From: Marsupella aquatica
Taxonomy: Eukaryota > Plantae > Marchantiophyta
Reading direction: 5' to 3'
Length of the DNA: 64,000 nucleotides
Assembly: GCA_973895155.1 (NCBI GenBank)
Contig: OZ316898.1
Location: forward strand, 2,393,927-2,457,926
Part shown: positions 52,401-64,000 of the stretch, one piece after another
How positions within the stretch are numbered: position 1 is the stretch's first letter
How the letters are laid out: each line of letters opens with the position of its first letter
The notes under the pieces: model-generated
Database searches by the model: none
What the model was told of the DNA's origin: nothing
The model's input: the letters and a program-made list of their open reading frames with translations, nothing else
Translations under genes and position numbers: made by a program

Positions 52401-53127
52401 AGGAACCCTCAGCTCCTGCATAGTTGCAATAACATATTCCAGAAGTAGAGTCCAGGAAAACCGACCAACAGCAAATCTATCGACCCAAACGCCACAATAC
52501 GACTAAAGCAACCCACACTACATAAGTTGCACTCACTTTCTTGGGACGGAAACCATGGAAAAAATGATAATTAGATGCTATGCACTCATTGGCCTTTTAG
52601 ATAGTCAACTCCCGAGTGACGCAGTCCTCATTCTACGTCGACACCTCCTCCACAATCTCGAGAGAAACACACAGGACCTGAATTCTACCTCTGAAGCAAG
52701 TCATAGTTTCTATATCAAGGACACTGTTCGCAGTCCATCAAAAAACACTCGGAAAACCAGTTCTATGATACAGAACGCACAGCCCAACACAGATTGCACA
52801 CAGGTAGCGACAAAGACAACTTTCTGTTGGAAAAAACCCTAGACTCCAACAGATGACAACGACATACATTCTAGATCAAGCATTAACATCACGCAGACCA
52901 CAGAAAAGTTTCACTTGAATGACCACTTCTACTAAAGTCGAGAAGAACACCGGAAACCCAGCTGAAATAGAAATAAAAAAGGGGGAACGGCATCGATGAG
53001 TGCTCGAATCTCTCAAAGAGCGGTCCCTAAGGCCTCTCATCAAAATCCACACCTGGGTTACAGCAGTTTGCCGCGCATCAACGGATCCGAGAACAGCATC
53101 GGCGATCGTAGGTGAAACCGCGGCCAT
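43496..53127 (-). CDS. CSTF77: Cleavage stimulation factor 77 kDa subunit (HAT-repeat, Suf/Rna14 family), many exons
   Basis: Exon peptides YDVEAWTAIANDAQ, APMFEQLLATFP, ARYWKMYVEAQM...KQIFSRCLLNCLNVDLW, EESQRMTLVRKAYQKAVLTP, WKQLLAFEK/GNPQRLD, YMRFIRRTEGVDAARKVF, Pro-rich C-terminus and PPRDVFRLRQLQRAR, with stop at 43496. The start is either exon 53127-53053 (MAAVSPT...TQ, phase 0) or the ATG at 51935. Confidence 0.9.
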
Positions 53128-53414
53128 CTCCCACAGAACCAACAGCAAAAACAACAGCTGCGACGAAATGAAAAAAGAGTCGCAACACCACCTGCTCTGC
53201 TCTGCTCTGCTCTGCTCTTCTTGGCCGAGAGCAAAGCCTCGTCGCTCTGCTGATTCTCTTGCTACCACTGCTGCTGTACGCGAAATCTCAGCCCCAGTGA
53301 GAGCACATTTTTAGATTTTCGAAGTGGAGTGAGGAGATTTTTGAAATGGTTGGGGATTGTCTTGGCTGATGCCCGGTGGTGAGATTGCCTGGAGGTTGTT
53401 GTATGGATTGGAAG

Positions 53415-53745
53415 TTGCTCCCCGTATGAATGAAAGCATTCCATTAGCAAGTGCCCAAAAAAATTAATTTTAAAATATAAGGAGTAATCTGTACAACCCC
53501 ACATAAATGTTTTTATTTTTAACTAAATTTGCGAAACCTCACATGAAGGGAGCTCCCCGTGTGAATGACGCATTCCATTAGCAAAAGTGTATTTCACTAG
53601 ACTGCTAAATTTGCATTCCATTAGCAAAAGTGTATTTCACTAGACTGCTAAATTTTTTTAATTTTAAATTTAAGGAGTAATCTGTGCAACCCCACATAAA
53701 AGTTTATATTTTAAGTAGAGCTGTGAAACCTCACACGAAGGGAAC
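53415..53745. repeat. Local direct duplications upstream of CSTF77
   Basis: GCTCCCCGT.TGAATGA..GCATTCCATTAGCAA, TAAGGAGTAATCTGT.CAACCCCACATAAA and GCATTCCATTAGCAAAAGTGTATTTCACTAGACTGCTAAATTT each occur at least twice. Confidence 0.75.
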
Positions 53746-55639
53746 AAGAATAATTAGACACAAAGGTTGAATCTAAGATCTATTAGTCTCCAATCAAGTG
53801 AGCTACCACACAACCATGCCTCTCTGGCCAACTGTCAATTTTTAAATTTTTGTTGATATGGCAAATCACTATTTTTTAGATAGGCCTCAAAGCTAGACTA
53901 AAAGTTACTAAAGTGAAGCCAGGATGAATCACCATCTTGGACACAGTGCTCCTGTGTACCACATTTTGGTGGATCCATGAGAGTTTTGGTCTTATAAGTT
54001 GAAGAATATGAGTTTTGAAATAATTTTGAGATAATTTTTAGTTTGTCACCACATTTGGGTGGTACATAGGAGTTTTGGGCTTATAATTTGATGATTGTGA
54101 GTTTTAAAGTAATATTTAGTTTGTCACCTCTGAGGCAACTAGAGAAGGAGGAAACATTTAAATAAACACAAACCCCAATATTGCATATTAACACAATGAA
54201 AATTAATCTAATAGAATTTATCCCTATGCATTCCATGAAAAACTCAACCAAAATGGCCAAAAATGCACTCTTACATTAATGGAAGTGTAACTTACCTACT
54301 CCTCTAGCACATACTCAAAACTATAAACTATTCAAATTTATAAACATCAAGTTATTACAATCAAACTCAAATTTTGGGAAATGTGGTCCATGGGGATTTC
54401 AAAGAACAACATTGTGATCCATGGGAGCATCACTTTCAAAATTTACTGATATATGGTACACCCATAACTTTAGTTATTGAATATAGTTAAAGATTATAAA
54501 AAGTGGGGGGAGATATCATTGACCTGCAAAGGGCAGGGGTTATGGTCTTACCTCAATCTGATAGCATAAATCATTTTTCCTTCATTCTTGATCAGCCGTC
54601 ACCCTGAATGCAGCAGCCACCGTTATGTGAGACCCATAGTTCACATGCTGCATTCTTTTCATATTTCTGGATTTCTAGATATATTTCTGGATTTCTAGAT
54701 ATGCACTTAAAGTTATGGGAAAGTTGTTAAAGTTATTGGTTAAGTGTTGAGCTTGCGGATTTTCCATATGGTAGTCAAAGATCAGCTCCCACAAGGAGAT
54801 CACATAACTATTGATTTATGAGAGATGTTATCTTGATATCTACAAGTTTTGAAACGCCCCAATTCAATTAATTATTAGCCTGAGTTCCCCTTGTTTGAAC
54901 TAAAGCAAGGTGAGTACATTCAAGCCTGTTGCGCCATTTTCATAGACACTTTGCCATTTTCAGAGACTCACCTTGCTGCCAATCTTTGTTTTTCACTCGC
55001 ACCCCCAACTTCATTTACACTCCGAGAGTCACGGTCTAGGGGCTTCACTCTAGACCAAAGACCTTGAAGAATGACTTTAGATTGCTATTATATAGTTAGA
55101 TTAATATAAGAAAGTTTGTAAATTATGAGTGGTGCATGACTTTATTGGAAAAAAAATTCTCTGAAAGTTTTCATGCTCCATTGTTTCCTCATCTCTTGCT
55201 ATATGCTATGTGTTTTCTCACTTAAGAACTCTCTTTTTGTGTGTGCTCACACCATTTAGAACTTGGAGAGAGATAAGGAGCAATGATCTCTTCAACTAGG
55301 GTTAGAGAAAACCCTAGTTAACATACTGACCATAATTTAACCCAAGACTGAGTTAATCTTTATACTAGAGTCTGATGGATATCTTTAAATCTAGGGAGAT
55401 TTAAAAGTCACAAGTCAATTAGGAAATATCAGATAAGAAATATTTTTAACATTGTCTCTATCATGCAAGGCGACATTGACAGACACACAAATAAGAACTC
55501 ATATACAAACTTACAGGCCTTAAAAATTACCCTTCCCTGGTGTGCTTTGGCACTGAGTCATTGTGTGGGCAACAATGCAACATTTGTTTTTATTGAATGG
55601 AGTACTTTACTCATGTGAAAAGTAAATCCCAATAAATCA

Positions 55640-56345
55640 GGGAGTAACCAGGCCAGACCCACAATGGAGCAAGAGCCAACAACCATTCAAGAACCATAAC
55701 CACTCAAGAACCAGACTCATCCAGAAATGAGGGACAAGGGCAAAAGGGGAAAGTGAAAAGGAAACCTAATGTCACCCCAACTCAACTTGAAGTCCAGAGA
55801 GAGACCCGTCAATGAATCAGATCTGAAACACTGAACCCAGACAATAATCCGGAAGAGGGGAAAATTCATTTGCTCAAAACACTTACTACTAACCCTGGAG
55901 CAACCACCAATGCATGGTGCCAGGCAAACAAAAAGAGAAGGAATTCATGGTAGTTCAAAAAACTAGAGTGGGCTGATGTCCACAACAAACATATTGTCAT
56001 GCAAGCTGTAAAGGCCATTCTCACGGCCAAAGTCTCTCTTCATTCACCCAATAAGCTCATGTCTGCATCGACCATATTTGACAACCCGGTTCAAGCCCTT
56101 GTTCCAAGCAATTTTCATATTAAGATGAATCTCCTGCCAGAATTTCAATTGAGTCCCTTGAACAGAAATTTGCAACTTCTCTTTCACTAAAGAACACCGA
56201 GCCTTCCATAATTGCCAACAAGCAACACCACAAACCAGATGCCAGAGGAAAAGGGGAAAATTCCTTCTTTGCAGAACACACGACGCACCCAACAAAACTT
56301 GCGCTGCCTCGAAGCCAAAGAAGGGTCATGAATCAAATGCATGTA
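55640..56345 (-). mobile_element. Degenerate 3' fragment of an L1-like LINE
   Basis: Minus-strand peptide LWHLVCGVACWQLWKARCSLV resembles the WxIWxxRNxxxF motif at plant L1 ORF2 C-termini. No intact ORF. Confidence 0.45.
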
Positions 56346-57711
56346 ACATACCTTAGTTCTTAATACAGGACCAAACCCTCACTGATTTAAGGATAGTTCC
56401 AAAGACAATCCATCATTTGGTGTATGGGTAGTCCAATGCAACAATTGTTTTTAATTCTGCTGCAAAACTTTGCCAAATTCCACCTCTATATAAAGTCTTC
56501 ACCATTTTTTTTGGCTAAATGGCTAAATCTACTAGGCTTTTGTCTTGGATTAGCCATTCCCACCTATTTCAAACCCCATTAACTAGAATCTGACAGGTAT
56601 CTTGAATACTAAAGAACGTAATGGTCAGAAATTAATCCTGGAAAATTATCTCACTCAAGGTGACATTTGCCACCTAGGTGAAAATTACCCGAGTCCAGGG
56701 GAAAGCACACCTATCAGGCAAGGGCAGGATGAGATGTATGAAGTTGCACGGACAAGAGCAACTCACAGGGCCTTATGGACAAAAGGAATCCCTGAATAAT
56801 AATCAAATTTTTTTTTTTAGTGGCATAAGTTTGCTAGAATTGTTAGGTATTTACTTTTACATCTAGTGTTACAATATGTAATTGTAGTTAGACTAATCGT
56901 GGTCGGAGACAAAATTATATAAGGAAATTATATAAGGAATAATAATTATTAGAAGTAGCCCTGATTACCCCTACTTTGAACATGAATAGCAGGATAATAA
57001 AAATGTTACCAAAATATTTTTTTATTCACATTTTTTGAAGGCTAATAAAATAAAAATAAAAATATTATCATTTTAATAGTTATATATAACATATCATTTT
57101 TTTTTCTATGCACATTTTTTTTTCTATGCACATATTAAGGTAGGGCCATAGAACTTATTTTTTAATATAAATAAAAATTATGATAAAAAATCTGCATGAC
57201 TATCAATTGACATACATCATAGTCATAAATTTTCACATTTACATGAGGAACCAACCATGGAACTACTCTTTAAAGGTTTCACTCTAGTAACCTAACCCCC
57301 AAGTCTACAGTGTACTTGGCACTTTATGAGTAAAATTTTCTCCATTCATTCAACCGGTTTCACCCCTACCGTAGATCCATTGGTCAGAATCAGAAGACTA
57401 TATCTAAATATAGGCATTGTAACAGTCAACAATTAATCTTATAAAATTGTACAAGGAGTAATTTAAGGATTTTCTTTGTTCAGCTTTGTGCTTTTCCTCT
57501 GGAATACCCCACACCGAATGCTGCACTGCTGCCCGCGTATGCCGCATACCAAAAAGGTCATTCCTTTTTCGAGCTTTTCCCTTTTTCGCCGTGGTGGCTA
57601 ATTTCCCACCTTGTGGTCTGGCCGTTTTACTCCCTCCCTTTTTTACTGGAGTTTACTTGTCATTACTCTATTCAAGATTAAAAAAAAAGAATGTCACACC
57701 TTGTGCATATC

Positions 57712-58060
57712 TCTCGGGCAGGGGCAAGACGACACCGGCAGAGGGGCTCAGGTGGGGGACTGGGGGGCAGCCGGGCAGGGGACAGCCAGCAACCACTTGG
57801 GCAGTACGGGCAGACTCCCAAACAGTTCCTGCCCGCCGGGCCGCCAATGATAGTGCACTCGTCGTACGGTTCTTGGTCCCCGGGTCTTCTCTCCGCGCTC
57901 GTTCCCCCTCTCGTACGCCTATCTCCTCTGTGCCCGTGCCGGTGCCCGTGCTTGTCCGGGCAGCCGGGCATCATGTAAACAATGTCCGGTGGCCGATGCC
58001 CGTCCGGGCAGACGGGCAAAAGTCTGGTGCCCGTGTCCTTACGGGCAGGCGGGCATCATA
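57712..58060. repeat. GC-rich island of CGGGCA/TGCCCG motifs in both orientations, probable DNA-transposon/MITE remnant
   Basis: More than 10 CGGGCA or TGCCCG hexamers in ~350 bp, next to an AT-rich left flank. Confidence 0.5.
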
Positions 58061-59223
58061 TCAAAAACATCGCTGCCGTTCCAGAAACGCCCTGATTGTC
58101 GGGATAAAGCTCGAGAATGTACAGTGCTGTAGAATCGAAGTCTCGCTCTCCCTGTTTCGTGTAGGAGTGTCGAACGCATTCACGTTTTGATCCTCTCGTT
58201 TCATCATCATTTGATAATTACAGTACGAGAGTGAGCAATTACGGAGATGCAAATCGCGCACATTGGAGGACGATCGTCGACAACCACATTTCATCGCTCG
58301 ACGCAGCAGCGGATTGCGCTCTCTCCTCCGAGTCTCTAATCGAACCGAGCGGAGAGACGTGGGTCTTCGTTTTTTGATTTCGCTGAGTTGCATTCGTCTC
58401 GGTCGTCGATTGTGGACGAGAATTGGTGGGTGAGGAAATCCGAAGGTGTGGTTTATGCCGCGGCGTGATGCTTTCAGCGCATGGAGGCCGAGCTCTCGTG
58501 TCCAGTAGTCGAGAAATTGTATGCTCTCGAAGAAGCTAATTGACTATCGGCAACGGATGGCGCGGAGCGAGGAGGAGGACGATGGTCGAGAGTGATCCGA
58601 GGCAGGGAAATTGGACGTCAAGGAGGAGAGTGAGAGTATTGTGAGGAAGGAGGTCACGGAGAAGAAGGCGAAGTACTGTAATAGCGGACGCGGTTGATGG
58701 GAAGGAAGAGTCAGTAATAAGAGCGAGATAGCGGTGAAGAAGGAGACGAAGGCCGAGACGAGGAACAGAAACAGAGAAGACGAAGGACGAGAGTAGGCAG
58801 TTCGAGGGTAGGAGAGATGGTCAGAGTCGTCCGTAGAGAAGTAGAGCTCAGGTCCCTGCCGCTGTTTGTCGGGGAGGAGGAGCGTCGGTATCGCCTATCA
58901 CTGAGTGATTGTCTGTTTCGGAATTAGCATCGCAAGGAGCGGTGAAGCAGGAGCCGAAGCACACTTGAAACCGTGGAGGAAGGCGAGGAGAACCCGCGGA
59001 GTGAGGAAGAGAGACAAAAGAGGAACGTGGCGAGCTTTTTGTGATTTGGTGTAGGAGTAGGAGTAGGAGGTAGAAGAGTGGCACGGCCTTTGCCGCTATT
59101 TCGATCAGGCATGGCCGTTACATTGTCGTGACGACGAGTGAGCGGGTGGGTTGGCTGGCTGATTTTGTGAGAGTGGAGTGAGTTTACGTAAACTAGCACA
59201 GGCGATAAGAAGCAATTAATACA

Positions 59224-62200
59224 ATGAGTGGACTCCAACACAACCTCAAGCGCAGGGAGCCAGACGACCTTGCTCAGGACCTGCTGAATGTCAGTTTGTC
59301 GCCCCAGAAGAAATTGCGTTTCTCGGTTAGTACCATCCCTCCCTCTCGCCCCATTCTAAGCTGTTGTTGATTTTCCCTGAAATTATCGACATAGGAGAAA
59401 CCACCCTGTCTGGTATCGGTGATTAGCGTACTCTTGACTCTCTATCTGGACGTTTCTCTCGTTCTCCTTCGATAATTTTGCAGTGTTTATTAGCAGGTAC
59501 TCTCTCACTACCTTCTTGAGTGTTCAAGCGCGCTTCATTTAAGCTATGCGACAACTTGAAAATGTCCCCTCTTCCGAGGTTTCCGCTATTGTGTTGGATT
59601 ACTCCCACCGAGGAATTTCCACCTTTAGGACAGCAGCTCAGAGCACTAGTCTTTCTCATATATTTTCTTCATTCCATAGGCACTGTCCGCGTAGCCTTTA
59701 GTGTACTCAATCTATCCATCTTAAAGATCATGCCAAGAAGTCTATCGATAGTCAAAATATTTTCATCTTCCACATTGAGTCAGCGGACCCTCGCTTTTCG
59801 TTTCCGAAGAAGGTCCTTCTACGTGTGCCCTTCCTGTTGTGACCCTACTCTCATCCTGCTACATCTCCTATGTTCTGATTTTTCTGTCTCCTCAGCCTCC
59901 CAGCACTCATAGTTCCTCACACCATGCAGGGTTCTCATACCCTTAAGCATGAAAAAGGCAAGGTTTTCTAGAATAATCGTCCGTGAAGAACAGGGAAAGC
60001 CTTATCTGATGCCATCACTTAGAGAAAGCCAGTCAAAATACGGCCTTAATAAATAATGCAAAATCAAGATGTGGATCGCAAAGTATTAGTTCGGTTTAAG
60101 AACAGATCCTTGGATCTCCTGGAGTTACAGCGTTCTTAATCAAAACAGTTGGCTGCCCTAAAGTTGAATTGCACTCTTACCCTAGTATTTGTAGGATCCT
60201 GAATAGCTACTGATTCTGGACCCCTGTGCTACACGTGCAAAGCTTCGACGTTTGTCACAAGTACCACTGAGCTGAGTTATAAGTGTCCAGAGAGCTTTGA
60301 TCAGGGTTGTTAATTAAAACAAAGAACGCAGTTGTCAAACTATTTACCCCCCTTGTATTTGAATTTTTAAATATGTACTCTCCATTTGTTGGTAAAAACG
60401 TATCAGCCCATAGTGGTAAACGATTTTTGCAGGGGTCGATTTCTTACAGTCTTCACACCTTCTGGTCTCCGTTTAATCTAGTTGTTGTTGTCAACTTTGG
60501 CTTTATATGCTTGATCGGTGGTCCCTTGAACCCCCTGGTATGATGTGCGAGATTAGAGACAGAGTAATTTGTTGCGCTACCTCTGTACACAGTTATGATT
60601 ATCCAGTTGTATGACCAAGGCTTCTTTGTTCGATCATATTTCTGCTAATGCTTTTGTCCGAGGATTACTGAATGGCATTTTCTACCCCCTCTCTCCCAAC
60701 TATGTACGTTTTTACTGAATGTAGTTCCAATGACAATGCGATCTTGCAGGATTCAGGAGTGACCGCCACCTCTGGCCTTGGCTCGAATTTTGCCTACACA
60801 CGCGTATCAGAGACACCATGGGGCCTTTCGGCAGGAACTCCAGCAGTGACAACCCCAGTGCCGGCAGTGACAGTTGCGCCACATGGTTCCGTTGCTCAGG
60901 ACGAGAAAGCCCTTGTGTTGTACAGGCCGGTGACACCCCCTATGTTTCCTGGTGGTCCACCCACTGGGTCGGTGGACTTTCCTTACAAACTGGATTATGC
61001 GATGCTGCCATTACATCAGGGTACCGACAGCGAGCTAACCCCTCATCAATTGGATTGTCAGTCTACTGCTTGCTCTAATGACACCGATAATCTCTCTGGC
61101 CATGGCCTCTTTCAAGGTAGCTGATGGCTTTTGAGCTTGCACAATGCGGGGTGGCCCTCGGGCACATAGATTCGACTCGTGCCAACCCCAGTTACTGGAT
61201 TCACTGTTCCAGTAATTACTTTTGGCTCGAAGGTTCTTTGTCTAGCTTGTTATCGTTGGATTCTGATCTTCTGCCCGTCTTGTCTGCACATAACTGTTGC
61301 TTAGTGGTCTAAATTGAGGTGATGGTTAGTAGTTTTTGTCAGTCATATCCGTGACTTTGCTACTAACGTTGTAGGTCTTCACCTCACTAGTGAAATATGA
61401 GTATTCACGAGTTGAATTTCTTAAATCGCTTCTGCCATTTTGTGGAAACCCTAGCTAGAATTCTGGGATAGTCTCCCACTGCGAACCTGGTCCACTGCTT
61501 TACTCCGTATTAGTCAGTTATTGACTGTCCTTTGCTACGATTTGTTGGGGTATGCAATCTTACATAGACGGGGCTGCTTGGCCAACCCTCAGCTGTGTAA
61601 TTTTTGCGTGTTTAGCTTGTTGGTTGTCAAACACATAAAGGTTAGGCCTGTACTATGTTCCTCCGCCCGGTTTTTGTTTCGGTTTTTTTTGTGTGTGCGT
61701 GGGGGGAGGAGGGGGGATTGAATGCCTTTAAGGAGTGGAGGAGGAATGAACAATCGTGAATTTGATAAGCAGCGTATCCCTCTTCGCTGACATGAGCAGC
61801 CAACCCTTAGCTGTGTAATTTCTGCGTGTTTAGCTTGTTTGTTGTCAAACATATAAAAATTAGGCCTGTACTGCTTTCCTCCGCCCGGTTTTTGTTTGTG
61901 TTGGGGGGGGTTGTGAATTTGATACGCAGTGTATCGCCCTTCACTTGTCATGAGTAATATCGGCGCTTTTGGTTGCATGTGCATGCCAGTTTTGTTTAAC
62001 GATGTCAAGTTTTAAACAGCAGTCAATTATGTTCGTCATAAAATGAAGAGGAACTAAACAATCTACTGATGTTTGTTGGGCTTTGTTTTTGTGCCTGCAA
62101 CAGCTCTGGATCTGTCAGGTGGGCGAATATCCAATCTTGGGCAGAGGCGATTGAACAGAGTATCCTCTTGCTCTTCATTGCCCCGCTTTTCATCAGATAA

Positions 62201-62528
62201 TGAGGATCAAGTCATGGTAGAGGAAGTCGACAAGTCAGCCGATCTTGCGGTCATACCGTGGGTTCCAATGACACCAGTTGTTGTTCCTCCTAAAGTGAGG
62301 CCAATTATTGAAGAGGTAGACGATGATTCCCATGATGTGGAAGATGCCGATGCAATGCTCGATGAGGATTCGATGGAAGTTGTAGATGAGAACCAGGTTA
62401 TAATTACAGAGGACAGCATGACACCAATGGTGGGCCAATTCGGGAGCCCAATGCCAAGTTTCAGTGCTGCTCCTTGGCAAGCCGAGGCCTTACAGCCACC
62501 TCTTACGGCACCAATGTGGTCACACTAG
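59224..62528 (+). CDS. Conserved plant protein of unknown function (~265 aa, three exons, probably nuclear and disordered)
   Basis: Exons 59224-59325, 60750-61020 and 62104-62528 join in frame (phases 0 and 1). Motifs KRREPDD..LSPQKKLRFSD, EKALVLYRP, LAVIPWVP and an acidic C-terminus. Confidence 0.7.
61580..61912. repeat. ~110-bp direct duplication within an intron
   Basis: GCCAACCCT.AGCTGTGTAATTT.TGCGTGTTTAGCTTGTT.GTTGTCAAACA.ATAAA..TTAGGCCTGTACT..TTCCTCCGCCCGGTTTTTGTTT at ~61581 and ~61799. Confidence 0.85.
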
Positions 62529-64000
62529 GATGTACAGATGTAGGATGCTTCAACCTTCCTGTCCAAGTTTTGATGCCTCATGGGTAGAGTGTCCTGGTTA
62601 TCTAGTATTGCACATGACGAAGAACTGAGTTGGATTGAAATGGTGAAATGAAGGGGTTCACAGGAATCACTGCCCTCGGGAGGCATATGCCTTAAGAAGT
62701 ATCAGAGAGGAGAAAGGATTAGTGGGTGTCTGTTTACTCACCCGTCAACTAGTCGCTGGGCTCGTCAGCAAGGAACGACGTAGAGCTAAGGTGGAAAGTC
62801 CAATGGTCAGGATGATTATCATACTGACATGTTTTTTACTAGTGATAAGATTAATGTACAAGTAGAGAATCAGCAGAGAGAATGGAGATAAGAGGAAGTT
62901 ATTTTTTCGAGGACTGGCCGAAATCTTGTCAGCAGAGGAACTATGCTGACAGGACGAAGCTGGTTTTTGTTCTCCAGGTGATTATTGGTACGCAGCTTGA
63001 TGCAAGGCATAGGTTGTGTGCCATCATGTCATCCTGAATTTTTTTCTCATTGTTATCATTCCATCTCAATTACAGTTTTATGATGATGGTTTTGCCATCA
63101 TCAACAGAAGTTATCTGCCTATTTTGGAGCAGTGTCTTTGCATGTGTGAGCGTCGTCTGTGCAGTGAGGGGAGGTGAATGTTCTAATTTTTTTTCTGAAC
63201 CTTGAATTGTGAAGAAACGCTGCGAGCTACTAAAACTTGCAAAGGACCTTGACAGTGATTGCTGTTCCTAGGAGCTGATATGCAATACTCGTTTATCTCA
63301 TGCCGTCAATTGCTCTTGTGGGGTTTCTTAGGTGTACTCCTTGTTTGTCCAGGAGAAAATGCATGTAACTTTGCAGCTAGTTGAAGCAGTGTTAGTTCTA
63401 ATGAAGAAAGTTGGTCTCCCCGAAGATTGCTTTAAGAATCATCCGTGATTGTGCTCAGCTTGCTTCCAGGGCTTTCCGGCCACAAGCACTTTCATGCGTG
63501 AGGATTGTTGGAATTTTTGTCGTGGTTTTTTTAATCGTTGTGTCTCACAAATCGGTCACAGGTCGGTTTCCGCCATTATGAAAGCACAAGTATGCTCACC
63601 GCTTATGCAGATGACTCGCCTTCAGGCACAATCTTGTTGGCCACCCCAAGTCATGTTGCCGTATCTCATTCTTAGTAGGATTCTCATCTAATATTTCTGT
63701 TTGTTTCATAAAGCAGGTTGAGCTTGCATGATTGATACATTGTCCTTTTGCAGTAGCATCAGACTGACATAGCTCATCGTCCAGGCACGACAAACCGATA
63801 AGGGTGACAAAAAAATTTACGTACGAGGTTCTGCCTAATTTTACATTATGGTGTTTTTAAATTTTTATAGTGGTTATCTTGTTTGTGCCAGAGAAAGAGA
63901 GAATCATGTGCCAAAGAAAAGTTGTAGTGTTTGTTCTGCCAAAGAAAAGTTGTAGTGTTTTGTTGTACCAAAGATAGAGAGAAGTAAAATTTGGGTGCCA

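Noticed and set aside
57486-58190. 234-aa ORF
   Set aside because: TTG start, runs through the CGGGCA repeat island, and has no protein motifs.

Overview
Eukaryotic, intron-containing land-plant DNA, most likely a bryophyte (inferred from the PPR-DYW repeat style and a hydrolase-type NLR). From left to right: (1) the right end of a CACTA DNA transposon (83-bp subterminal array, terminus at 1494) that cuts off a frameshifted CRE-like non-LTR retrotransposon; (2) an ~11-kb tandem duplication, each unit carrying a five-exon NLR-like gene with the predicted architecture hydrophobic N-terminus / alpha-beta-hydrolase / NB-ARC / LRR / five ~150-aa TPR-like modules, the two paralogs carrying reciprocal changes in MHD and Walker B; (3) repeats, a tRNA-derived SINE and a scrap of a third hydrolase copy; (4) on the minus strand, an organellar SSB/OSB-like gene whose last recognisable exon can splice in frame into a PLS-PPR-E-DYW ORF, predicting an SSB-PPR-DYW fusion; (5) a multi-exon 2H-phosphoesterase-like gene convergent with CstF77; (6) repeat debris and a three-exon conserved plant gene of unknown function. 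All exon models were built by eye from GT/AG sites and frame continuity, and need transcript confirmation.
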